The position numbers were made by a program, and so were the translations under genes. Below are positions 24,037-32,282 of a stretch of DNA of 40,000 nucleotides, one piece after another. The number at the start of each line of letters is the position of its first letter. Position 1 is the stretch's first letter. Location: positions 52,626-92,625 of the forward strand of contig NZ_LN831304.1 in NCBI RefSeq assembly GCF_001488575.1. The letters are read 5' to 3'. The stretch comes from Halobacterium hubeiense (GTDB lineage Archaea > Halobacteriota > Halobacteria > Halobacteriales > Halobacteriaceae). The notes under the pieces were generated by a model. It ran no database searches and was not told the origin of the DNA. It was given only the letters and a program-made list of their open reading frames with translations.

Positions 24037-24067
24037 GTTTCTGCTGCGCCTCTGAGGGGTGCGGCGC
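24037..24067 (+). promoter_or_regulatory. T-box/hairpin module i, upstream of the ardC-like gene
   Basis: GTTTCTGCT-GCGCC-tctGAGGGGTGC-GGCGC, followed by the GCAGTCGC box. Confidence 0.65.
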
Positions 24068-24112
24068 GATCTGAACAGACGCAGTCGCCGTGAACTCGAT
24101 TCGGTGAACACG

Positions 24113-25054
24113 ATGTCCACGACCAGAGACTCGTCGGTCTCCTTCGACCAGACCGACACGCGTTCAGACGAGATGAACAGTACCATCGAACAGTGGATCG
24201 ACGACCTCGTCGCCGGCGTCGACGACGCGCAGGCCAGCGAAGAGTTCCAGGAGTGGCTCGACGTCCAGAGTCGTTTCCACGACTACTCCTACCGGAACAC
24301 GCTCCTCATCAAGCGGCAGTGTTCCGAGGCGAGCCGGGTGGCGGGCTACCGGACGTGGCAGGAGGAGTTCGACCGCCACGTCACGGAGGGTGAGTCGGCC
24401 ATCTGGATCTGGGCGCCGATCATCACCACGCAGTGCCCGGAGTGCGAGAATTCGCCGAGCTACCACGAAGAGAGCGACTGTGGGTACGACGAGACGCCGC
24501 CTGAAGAGTGGTCCGAGGGCTTGGTCGGGTTCAAGCCCGCGCCGGTGTTCGACGTCTCCCAGACCGAAGGCGATCCGCTTCCCGATCTGGACACGGAAGC
24601 GACCGGGGACGCCGGCGACCTCGTCGAACAGTTGACTGTCGCCGCTGACGACCTCGGCGTGACGGTGCGAATCGTTCCAGCCGAGGAGTGGACCCACGGC
24701 GAGGCGAAGGGCATCTGCGAGCAGCTGAGTCTCGTCGACGTTCAGCCGCTCGTCGAGGTGCGTGATCGGGAGAACGAGGCCGACCTTGCGCGGACGCTGA
24801 TTCACGAGTACGCACACGCCCTGCTCCACTTCGATGTCGACGACGACACCGAGCGGGCGAAACGCGAAGTCGAGGCCGAAGCCGTCGCGTACGTCGTCGG
24901 GCGCTACTGCGGGCTCGACACGAGCGGGTCAGCGTTCTACCTCGCTGCGTGGGAGTCGGACGATCCCGAGATCGTTCGCGAGCGGCTCGGACGGATTAGT
25001 CGGACAGCAGAAGAGATTATCGACGCGCTCGGAGACAACTTATCACACCATTAG
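24113..25054 (+). CDS. ardC: ArdC-like protein (N-terminal ssDNA-binding ArdC-N/DUF1738 domain plus C-terminal HExxH metalloprotease-like domain)
   Basis: YSYRNTLLI..GYRTWQEEFDRHVTEGESAIWIWAP is ArdC-N-like. LIHEYAHALLH is an HExxH motif. There is an inserted CPEC zinc motif. Confidence 0.75.
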   Translation: MSTTRDSSVSFDQTDTRSDEMNSTIEQWIDDLVAGVDDAQASEEFQEWLDVQSRFHDYSYRNTLLIKRQCSEASRVAGYRTWQEEFDRHVTEGESAIWIWAPIITTQCPECENSPSYHEESDCGYDETPPEEWSEGLVGFKPAPVFDVSQTEGDPLPDLDTEATGDAGDLVEQLTVAADDLGVTVRIVPAEEWTHGEAKGICEQLSLVDVQPLVEVRDRENEADLARTLIHEYAHALLHFDVDDDTERAKREVEAEAVAYVVGRYCGLDTSGSAFYLAAWESDDPEIVRERLGRISRTAEEIIDALGDNLSHH

Positions 25055-25108
25055 GACCAGAAATAGTAGTCAAAATAGGATGCGGCCCTGTTAGACGACC
25101 CGCCCCAG

Positions 25109-25453
25109 TCACTCCTCAAGTCGGCGACGCCGCTCTTCGAACTCCTCCTCGGAGAGCTCCCCGCGAGCGTATCGGGAGCGAAGCGTCGATAATGCAGTAT
25201 CCGTCTGTGATTGTTCGGGAGCCGGAGCCCGCCCGCGTGTGTAGACCCCATAGCCGACGATGAACACCACACTCAGTAGGAGTAGCGACCAGAGGAGAGG
25301 CCCCCAGCCGAAGCCACCCATTCCGCCGCCCATCTCGCCCATCCCACCCGAGTGACCACCGCCCATTTGAGCAGTGACTGTCCCGGTAACTGCGAACACG
25401 AGGGCGGACCCAGCGGTACTACGAACGAGTGCTGTGGCGAACTTGGAAATCAT
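25109..25453 (-). CDS. SHOCT-domain membrane protein with a Gly/Met-rich segment
   Basis: The C-terminus [24 protein letters not shown] is SHOCT-like. It also has [22 protein letters not shown] and a transmembrane helix. The start overlaps the trxB stop. Confidence 0.7.
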   Translation of the reverse strand: MISKFATALVRSTAGSALVFAVTGTVTAQMGGGHSGGMGEMGGGMGGFGWGPLLWSLLLLSVVFIVGYGVYTRGRAPAPEQSQTDTALSTLRSRYARGELSEEEFEERRRRLEE

Positions 25454-26495
25454 GTCACGGATCGTTCCGGACTGGCGGTTTCAGTAGCGGTCGATTCGTC
25501 TGCGTTCTGCAGCGACTCGAGGAACGCTTCGGCGTCGAGAGCGGCCATGCTCCCGGTGCCCGCAGACGTGATCGCCTGCCGGTAGCGGGGGTCAGCAACG
25601 TCGCCAGCAGCGAACACCCCATCGACGGCCGTCTGGGCCGTGGGCCGACCAGCGTCGTCGGTCTGCGTGAAGATGTAGCCACTCTCGTCTCGTTCGACGC
25701 CGGTCCTCTCGAGGAACCGCGTGTTCGGCGTGTGGCCGACGGCGTAGAACACCCCGCCGACATCGACGGTCTCTCGCTCGATGTCGAACCGGACTCGGCT
25801 TTCTCTCTGGGATACCCCTCGGGATGTGAGACGAGCGTGGCGCCGGTAACGCCCTCCGCTTGGGAGCCGTGGATGGCTTCGAGTTCCGTGTTCCAGCGGA
25901 ACTGGACGTCGTCGTGGTCGCGAGCACGGTCGGCCATGATCTCGGACGCACGCAGTTCCTCACGCCGGTGGACGACCGTCACTGAGTCGGCGAACTTCGC
26001 GAGGAACAACGCTTCTTCCATCGCGCTGTCGCCGCCGCCGACGACGAGGACGTCGTCGCCGCGGTGGAACGCGCCGTCACAGGTCGCACACGTCGATAGT
26101 CCCTGGCCCATCAGTTCGTCTTCGTTTTCGGCACCGACCCAGCGCGCGCTCGCGCCGGTCGCGACGATCAGCGACCGCGTGTAGATCGTGTCGCCGTTCG
26201 ATAGCGATAGCTCCAGCGGCTGGCCGTCCAAATCCGCGTCCTCGATGCGACCGTGTTCGAACTGGGCGCCGAACTGCTTGGCCTGCTCTTTGCCGCGCTG
26301 GACGAGGTCCATGCCGCCGACGCCGTCGGGGAAGCCGAGGTAGTTCTCGACGTCGGTCGTCAGGGTGAGCTGGCCGCCCGGCTCGTCGCCCTCGAGAACG
26401 AGTGGGTCGAGGTCGGCTCGCGCAGCGTAGACGGCTGCCGAGAGGCCTGCGATCCCCGACCCGGCGATGACGAGGTCGTGGATGTCCTCAGTCAT
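25450..26495 (-). pseudogene. trxB: Thioredoxin-disulfide reductase (trxB) interrupted by a 1-nt frameshift near 25786..25796
   Basis: The N-terminal frame (track 25455..26495) is TrxB-like up to ..[14 protein letters not shown] (GSGIAG, CATCDG, VVGGGDSAMEEA) and then becomes Arg/Ser/Pro junk. The C-terminal TrxB part [30 protein letters not shown] continues in the other frame (track 25450..25752). Confidence 0.85.
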
Positions 26496-26858
26496 TTACT
26501 CGGTGTAGGTCTCGATGAGCGTTCGGAGTTGGTCTTCGCCCTGGAGACCGACGACTTCCTCGACCTGTTCGCCGTCGGCGAACAGGATCAGCGTGGGAAC
26601 GCCCTGAACGCCGTACGCGGAGGCGAGTTGCTGGTTGGCGTCAACGTCGACTTTTGCGACGGTCGCGTCGGTCTCGGCGGCGAGTGTCTCGACGGTCGGT
26701 TCGAGCATCTGGCACGGCCCACACCAGTCGGCGTAGAAGTCCGTGAGGACGACGTCGTTCTCTGCGACGACCTCGTCGAGTTGGGACTGGCCGTCGACGT
26801 GGAGCGGTTCGTTCGTGGACGCAGTGCCAGCGCCGGATGCAGTATCAGTTGCCATCAC
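26496..26858 (-). CDS. trxA: Thioredoxin
   Basis: It has the WCGPC active site and a typical thioredoxin fold length. It sits immediately upstream of trxB. Confidence 0.9.
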   Translation of the reverse strand: MMATDTASGAGTASTNEPLHVDGQSQLDEVVAENDVVLTDFYADWCGPCQMLEPTVETLAAETDATVAKVDVDANQQLASAYGVQGVPTLILFADGEQVEEVVGLQGEDQLRTLIETYTE

Positions 26859-26903
26859 CAGTACGTATGCATCAGCGCTAATTAAGGGCTTTGGAGAATA
26901 TAT

Positions 26904-26913
26904 ACAATACTAT
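26904..26913 (+). promoter_or_regulatory. ACAATACTAT box, copy 1, in the trxA promoter region, followed by CCAATACAG (26914..26922)
   Basis: This exact 10-mer occurs 3 times in the window, always in intergenic spacers of the sulfur island. Confidence 0.5.
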
Positions 26914-27017
26914 CCAATACAGGCTGTCGGAAGGAAAGAGTGGTCCCAACGCTGTAGCACGTGGGGATCTGCTTCCCGAGAAGTATCAGAACCCGAGGGA
27001 GAGAGAAGAGGGGAAGG

Positions 27018-27431
27018 TTAGCTTTCGGCGGCCGGGGCCGCAGTCTCGGACTGTTCGTACTTGGTTTCGAACTCCTGGATGAGCTGGCCCATCTTCGCGT
27101 ACCAGTCGTTGAGCAGCCGCTGCATGTCGTCGGCGATCTTCGAGGGGTCCGTCGGCGAGTAGACGTGGTAGTAGCCGCCCTGGTCGTAGTTGATCTGGTT
27201 CTTCTCGATGAACCCGGTCTGGAGCAGGCGCTGGATAGCCCGGTAGGCGGTCGAGCGTTCGCGGTCGACTGCGTCGGCGATCTCGTCGACGGTCAGCGGT
27301 TCTTCGGCCTCGACGAGCGCCTGGAAGCACTCCTTGTCGAGCTCTTTGAGGCCGTGGAAGCACTCCAGCAGCCCCTCGCACTCCATGTCACTGCGGAGTT
27401 GTTCAGACATCGAATCTGGCATTAGTATCAC
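27018..27431 (-). CDS. TrmB/ArsR-like HTH transcriptional regulator with an N-terminal Cys cluster
   Basis: PLTVDEIADAVDRERSTAYRAIQRLLQTGFIEK is an HTH. The N-terminus contains MECEGLLECFHGLKELDKEC (3 Cys). Confidence 0.75.
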   Translation of the reverse strand: MILMPDSMSEQLRSDMECEGLLECFHGLKELDKECFQALVEAEEPLTVDEIADAVDRERSTAYRAIQRLLQTGFIEKNQINYDQGGYYHVYSPTDPSKIADDMQRLLNDWYAKMGQLIQEFETKYEQSETAAPAAES

Positions 27432-27530
27432 TAACTCGTATGGGCTGTGCGGTTATAAGATTTTGTATGGATTGCACAATTTCGTGCTATAGTTGGCTGA
27501 GAACCGATGATACGACTCCGCGGAAGAGAA

Positions 27531-28526
27531 TTACGTCGCCGAAAGGCGGCACCAGAAGCCAGTGTTGTCGTCGCGAAGCTGGCACACCGCAGCCAACAGG
27601 ATCGCACCACTCACGACGACGGTCGCGCCGAAGATGAGCACGATACTCACGGTGTTGAGTACGCCAATGTCCAAGGCGGTGCCGACGCGTTTGGCGGCGA
27701 CAGCGACGCTACCTACGAGTAGCATCGTCGCGAAGTACCCCTTGATGTCGTCCTCGTCGACGAGGTTCGAGACACCCGCGCCGATGCGCGCTCCGAGCGC
27801 ACTCCCGGCGAGCAACGTCGCCACGACCGGAATCGCGACGAACCCGTCCCGTGCGTAGACGAACGCGCCGAACGCCCCCGAGATCGTAATCTGGAGGATG
27901 TCCGTCCCGACGGCAATCGCGGCCGGGACACCCAGTCCGTACATCATCGCAGGCATCAGCAGGAAGCCGCCACCGACGCCGAGGAGCCCGGAGAGGACGC
28001 CGACGACCAGCCCGATGCCGAAGATGATACTCGCGGACACGCGGACGTCACCGCGGAGCGTCACCATCGGCGGGATTTCCAGTGCCTGTACGCGCTCTGA
28101 GAGGTCGACGCTCGTCGAGGACGCCCCCGTAGCGCGGGCGTCCCGGAGCGTGAATACGCCAACTGTTGCCAGCAGGCCGACGTACGCGACGCTGATGACG
28201 AGGTCGGCGTTCCCTGCCGCGTGGAGCGCGTCGACGACGCGCTTGCCGACCTCGATGCCGAGCGTCATCGCGACGGTCATGATGACTGCGAGTTTGTAGT
28301 CGACGTGGCCGTGGTCGCGGTGGCGGAGCGCGCCGATGACGCTCGTCCCGAACACGAACGCGAGCCCGCTACCGACGGCGACCCGCGACGGGTAGCCCAT
28401 CACGAGCAGGGCGGGCGTGACGAGGAACGACCCGCCCATCCCGAAGAAGCCGAACAGAATGCCGATGAGCAGCCCGAACCCGACGAAGAAGCCGACGAGC
28501 AGCAGACTCATCCCGAGCAGTTCCAC
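27531..28526 (-). CDS. TauE/SafE family sulfite/anion exporter
   Basis: A polytopic membrane protein with the duplicated GxGGG motifs (FGMGGSFL, LLGVGGGFLLMP) typical of TauE. The start may instead be ATG 28511. Confidence 0.8.
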   Translation of the reverse strand: MELLGMSLLLVGFFVGFGLLIGILFGFFGMGGSFLVTPALLVMGYPSRVAVGSGLAFVFGTSVIGALRHRDHGHVDYKLAVIMTVAMTLGIEVGKRVVDALHAAGNADLVISVAYVGLLATVGVFTLRDARATGASSTSVDLSERVQALEIPPMVTLRGDVRVSASIIFGIGLVVGVLSGLLGVGGGFLLMPAMMYGLGVPAAIAVGTDILQITISGAFGAFVYARDGFVAIPVVATLLAGSALGARIGAGVSNLVDEDDIKGYFATMLLVGSVAVAAKRVGTALDIGVLNTVSIVLIFGATVVVSGAILLAAVCQLRDDNTGFWCRLSAT

Positions 28527-28529
28527 AGC

Positions 28530-28679
28530 TTACTCACCTCCGAGCGCTCGCTTCACGTTCGGACCGAGCGCCTTCGTAACGACGCCGTAGCCGACGTGAA
28601 GGGCCATCGCTTCGAGCAACACGGCGCCGATTAGTCCGGCTGCTTGTACGGTCGACGGGAGCGACAGCGTATCGATCAT
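28530..28679 (-). CDS. Small membrane protein (49 aa) upstream of tauE, below the ORF-track cutoff
   Basis: Hand translation gives MIDTLSLPSTVQAAGLIGAVLLEAMALHVGYGVVTKALGPNVKRALGGE. Its stop lies 3 nt before the tauE GTG. Confidence 0.45.
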   Translation of the reverse strand: MIDTLSLPSTVQAAGLIGAVLLEAMALHVGYGVVTKALGPNVKRALGGE

Positions 28680-28779
28680 CGCCGCTGTCCACCAACCTGA
28701 GACGGGTTTGTGCGAATCATACTTTTCTGCACACGGAACCGTAACCGGCAGTGTGTATTAACGCTTTTGGGACGACTAC

Positions 28780-28789
28780 ACAATACTAT
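28780..28789 (+). promoter_or_regulatory. ACAATACTAT box, copy 2, upstream of the small-ORF/tauE unit
   Basis: Exact 10-mer in the 28680..28881 spacer. Confidence 0.5.
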
Positions 28790-28881
28790 TTGCGGTCGTA
28801 TTCCATAACTTATCGATGACCAATCACACCCCCACCCGAATCGCGCAACAGCCCCATGATGTCGGCCTAGACTGGGGCTAC

Positions 28882-30057
28882 CTACAGAAATACAAGACCT
28901 ATCGCATACGCAAGCGCGAACGAGAGCGTGAACGATCCTGCCCAGGCACCCACCGTCACACCGATTTTCCGGGCATCCACTGCTTCCCAACCGCCGACAG
29001 CGGCGCCACTCCCGATAATGGCGCTGACGACGATCTCGTTGAACGAGACCGGAACGCCAAGCAGCACTGCCAGCTGTGCGATCAGGAACGACGGCACGAG
29101 CGCCGAGATGGAGCGCCGCGGCCCCAGCGATGAGTAGTCCTGGGCGAGCGACTTGATCATCCGCGGCGCACCCGTCCAAGACCCGACGAGCATCCCCAAA
29201 CCGCCACCGACGAGCACGGTGAACGTCGAGACCATCCCGACCTCGTCGAGCAACGGCAGCAGCGGTCCAACGGCGAGCCCGACCTGACTCCCGCCCGCAG
29301 AGAACGCCACGAGCGACCCGAGCGCCAGCAACACCCGACGCAGGCCGCCGCGTTCGTCGCGGCGGACGTCCCACCAGACGACTGCTGCGACGGCCAGCGC
29401 TGCGAGGCCAGTAATCCCGACCGCCGACACGAGTCCGTCGATTGCCAGCACCTGCTGTCCGACACCGCGGACGGTGCCTGCCGCGCTCCCCGTACCGAGG
29501 AAGCTGAACTGGACGTTCATGAGAACCGCTCCGACGAGCCCGGTGAGCACGGGGATACTGTACCGTTCGGGGACGTCGGGGCGCGGGAGCAGGCTTGCGA
29601 TGGTGAACGCGATGCCGCCGCCGACGAACGGCGTCAACACCCAGACGGCGGCGATCTGCTGGTACTTCGGCCAGACCGGCGAGCCGCCCAGCGCGAGGCC
29701 GACGCCGATGACGGCGCCGGTCACCGTGAACGCAGTCGCAATCGGATAGCCGGTCGTGATGCCGACCGCCATCAGCCCCGCACCCAACACGAGTACGAGG
29801 ATGACGCCAGCGATCGGGAGACTGATTCCACCGACGAGGCCGCTCCCGATGGCTTCCGAGACGTTGCCGCCCTGTGTGACGGCGCCGACAAAGCCGAAAA
29901 GACCGACGAGGAGGGCGGCACGCATCGTCGAGATAGCGTTCGCCCCGACGGCAGGGGCATACGGCGTCGCCCCACTTGAGCCGGCGCCGATAACCCACGC
30001 CATGAACAGGCTAGCCAGCGCTGCACCGACGAAGAGGGCGATAAGAGCGGGGTCCAT
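28882..30057 (-). CDS. PiT-family inorganic anion (phosphate/sulfate) transporter
   Basis: This uses the internal ATG 30057 of track ORF 28882..30255. The product MDPALIALFVGAALASLFMAWVIGAGSSGATPYAPAVGANAIS is polytopic. Confidence 0.8.
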   Translation of the reverse strand: MDPALIALFVGAALASLFMAWVIGAGSSGATPYAPAVGANAISTMRAALLVGLFGFVGAVTQGGNVSEAIGSGLVGGISLPIAGVILVLVLGAGLMAVGITTGYPIATAFTVTGAVIGVGLALGGSPVWPKYQQIAAVWVLTPFVGGGIAFTIASLLPRPDVPERYSIPVLTGLVGAVLMNVQFSFLGTGSAAGTVRGVGQQVLAIDGLVSAVGITGLAALAVAAVVWWDVRRDERGGLRRVLLALGSLVAFSAGGSQVGLAVGPLLPLLDEVGMVSTFTVLVGGGLGMLVGSWTGAPRMIKSLAQDYSSLGPRRSISALVPSFLIAQLAVLLGVPVSFNEIVVSAIIGSGAAVGGWEAVDARKIGVTVGAWAGSFTLSFALAYAIGLVFL

Positions 30058-30067
30058 AACCAGTGAG

Positions 30068-30526
30068 TTAGTCTGCGCCCGTCGCGGCGGTGTCACGCGC
30101 CTGGCTGCGGCTCCGCCAGTAGCCCTGGGCGTACGCGCCGAGGAACATCCCGGCGAGCGCCCAGAGAATGGTGATGTTGCCGATGCCGAGGCTCGCGTAG
30201 GCGGCGCCCGGACAGATGCCGGAGAGCCCCCAGCCGACGCCGAAGATGGCGCCACCGATGAGGACGTTCCGGTCGAAGGATTTCAGACGGCGCTCGAAGC
30301 TATCGCCGGTCAGCGGCGCGCGGCCCAACAGCCGCGGCGCGACGAAGAACGTCAACCCCGTCACGGCGGCGCCGCCGAACATCACGAACACCAGCCCGAA
30401 GTCCTCGAACTGGAGGAAGTCGAGGACGACCTCGGGCCGGGCCATCTGGCTGTACGCGAGCCCGAACCCGAAGATGAGGCCGCCGACGAGAACCAACGGC
30501 ATGAACGCGGGATGCCGGTCACTCAT
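30068..30526 (-). CDS. YeeE/YedE family sulfur-compound transporter subunit
   Basis: This uses the internal ATG 30526. It contains GGAIFGVGWGLSGICPG and overlaps the upstream paralog (ATGA). Confidence 0.8.
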   Translation of the reverse strand: MSDRHPAFMPLVLVGGLIFGFGLAYSQMARPEVVLDFLQFEDFGLVFVMFGGAAVTGLTFFVAPRLLGRAPLTGDSFERRLKSFDRNVLIGGAIFGVGWGLSGICPGAAYASLGIGNITILWALAGMFLGAYAQGYWRSRSQARDTAATGAD

Positions 30527-31017
30527 CAGGGGCTCACCCCCAGCGCGGCGACTACTTGTGCGGTCACGATGGCGACGGTGAGGAACGTGAGGACGCCCGC
30601 GATGGACGTCTTCGAGGCTGAGCCGACGCCACAGACGCCGTGGCCGGACGTACAGCCCTTGCCGACGCGCGTGCCGATGCCGACGAAGACGCCGCCGACG
30701 AGCAGTCGCCACGGCTGGACGTCGGTCGTCCACGCGCCGCCCTGGTAGACGACGGCGTAGACGGCCGCGCCGAGGACGATGCCGAGCGTGAACACGAGTC
30801 GCCAGTCCCGGGAGCTGACGTACTGCTGGAAGCGGGACTGGTCGGAGACGTACGACAGCGTCGACTCCAGGAACGTGCTGGCGCCGGCGCTGATGCCGGT
30901 GCCGAGGTAGATGACAGTGACGCCGAGCCCGACCAGCAGCCCGCCGATAGCGTAGCGGCTAATGCCGTTCGGGAACAGCTCGGCGGCGACCTGGAGTGGA
31001 AGTGGGTCGATTACCAT
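30526..31017 (-). CDS. YeeE/YedE family sulfur-compound transporter subunit
   Basis: It contains the GKGCTSGHGVCG motif typical of the YeeE/YedE family. Confidence 0.8.
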   Translation of the reverse strand: MVIDPLPLQVAAELFPNGISRYAIGGLLVGLGVTVIYLGTGISAGASTFLESTLSYVSDQSRFQQYVSSRDWRLVFTLGIVLGAAVYAVVYQGGAWTTDVQPWRLLVGGVFVGIGTRVGKGCTSGHGVCGVGSASKTSIAGVLTFLTVAIVTAQVVAALGVSP

Positions 31018-31025
31018 CGGCGTCG

Positions 31026-32219
31026 TTAGTCACCTGCGAGCGAGTCCTGGCTGGCCGCGCAGTTGTTCGGGCCGAGTTCCAGCGTGAACGCTTCGTCGTC
31101 GTCGACGGCGTTCTGGCCGAGGTTCGTCGCGATGATGTCCTCGTAGTTGGCCGGCCGCGGCGGCATGTCCGAGAGGACCAGGTCGACGAACTCCTGCTCG
31201 TCCATCGTGAGTGCGTCCATCTCCTCGACGAGCTCGCCGATGGGGGCGGTATAGGTGCCATCGGCAGCGGGCTCGGCGGCGTCGCTGGAGTGCGCGCCAC
31301 CGACGAGCGTGTCGTCGGGCAGCGTCAGCACGCGCTCCTGCAGGGACTCGTAGAGCATGCGTGCGGCGTCGGGCGCGCCGTCGTCGCCCTCTTCGAGGTC
31401 GGGGCGGGCGACGCTCTCGATGAACAGTCCGTCGCCGGTCGCGAGCAGGCTGTCGTCGACGAGGTACGAGGTCATCCCGGTCGTGTGGCCGGGCGTGTGG
31501 ATGGCCTCGATGGTGGCGTCGCCGACGTCGAAGGTGTCGCCGTCCGCGGCCGTGGTCAGATCGTCCGCGTACGTGACGCCACGGTCGACAGCAGCCTCGG
31601 GGATGACGCCCTCGACGCCCTCGTCGTCGAGGTCGCGCACGCCCGAGATGTGGTCGGCGTGGATGTGCGTGTCCAGGGCGTACTGCAGGTCGACGCCGAG
31701 GTCGTCGGCGTCGTCGAGGTAGCGGTCGGTGAACGCACGCAACGGATCGATGATTGCGGCTTCGCCATCGTCGTAGAGGAGGTAGCCGAGACAGCCCGAG
31801 GAGGGGCGCTGGTACTGGAGGAGCGCTCCGGCGCCGTCGTAGCCTTCGACTTCGACGGCGTCGTAGATGCTCGCCCAGCCGTTCATGCCGTCTTCGAGGT
31901 GGTCGACGTCGTAGCCGCGCTCCGCAAGCGTGCCCGCGACGAACTCGCTGGCGCCGCCCTTCGCACAGAGGACGGTCACCTCGCGGTTGTCTGGGATCCG
32001 GTCGAGGACGTCCTCGTCGATGTCGTCCTCGAGGAATTCGAAGTACGGGATGTTGATCGACGTGACGTTCTCACCGTCGATGTGCCACTCTTCGTAGTCG
32101 CTGGTCATTCGTGTGTCGAGGAGCGTGACGTCCTCGCCGGCGTCGATACGATCCTTCAGCGTCTCCGGGTCGACGGAGTCCACGTCGATGTCCGGAGTCG
32201 GGAAGTCGTCAGCGTTCAT
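31026..32219 (-). CDS. Rhodanese domain fused to an MBL-fold persulfide-dioxygenase-like hydrolase
   Basis: The N-terminal rhodanese region is VTLLDTR..EWHIDG..VLCAKGGAS. The MBL motif is HIHADHISG. Confidence 0.85.
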   Translation of the reverse strand: MNADDFPTPDIDVDSVDPETLKDRIDAGEDVTLLDTRMTSDYEEWHIDGENVTSINIPYFEFLEDDIDEDVLDRIPDNREVTVLCAKGGASEFVAGTLAERGYDVDHLEDGMNGWASIYDAVEVEGYDGAGALLQYQRPSSGCLGYLLYDDGEAAIIDPLRAFTDRYLDDADDLGVDLQYALDTHIHADHISGVRDLDDEGVEGVIPEAAVDRGVTYADDLTTAADGDTFDVGDATIEAIHTPGHTTGMTSYLVDDSLLATGDGLFIESVARPDLEEGDDGAPDAARMLYESLQERVLTLPDDTLVGGAHSSDAAEPAADGTYTAPIGELVEEMDALTMDEQEFVDLVLSDMPPRPANYEDIIATNLGQNAVDDDEAFTLELGPNNCAASQDSLAGD

Positions 32220-32282
32220 GTTGTGCAGTCGCTTCTACTGGGTGGTCGCACAAAAGCATTTGGATAGTAATTCCATATTTGG

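Noticed and set aside
2323-24067. The repeated hairpin modules as a CRISPR array or as integron attC sites
   Set aside because: The spacing is irregular (0.3-4 kb) with whole genes in between, so this is not a CRISPR array. attC sites are longer (more than 55 bp) imperfect hairpins at cassette 3' ends next to an intI gene. Here the stems are 3-8 bp, the modules sit 5' of genes together with a T-box, and no integrase is visible.
28676-29998. A 440-aa Arg-rich minus-strand ORF
   Set aside because: It is an alternative frame of the PiT transporter gene. Its composition (poly-Arg/Gly/Pro) is incompatible with an acidic haloarchaeal proteome.
29756-30748. A 330-aa plus-strand ORF
   Set aside because: It is antisense to the PiT and YeeE genes and gives a Pro/Ala/Arg-rich junk translation.
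30996-32267. A 423-aa plus-strand ORF
   Set aside because: It is antisense to the rhodanese-MBL gene, which has clear motifs. The translation is Val/Asp/Arg-rich and low in complexity.
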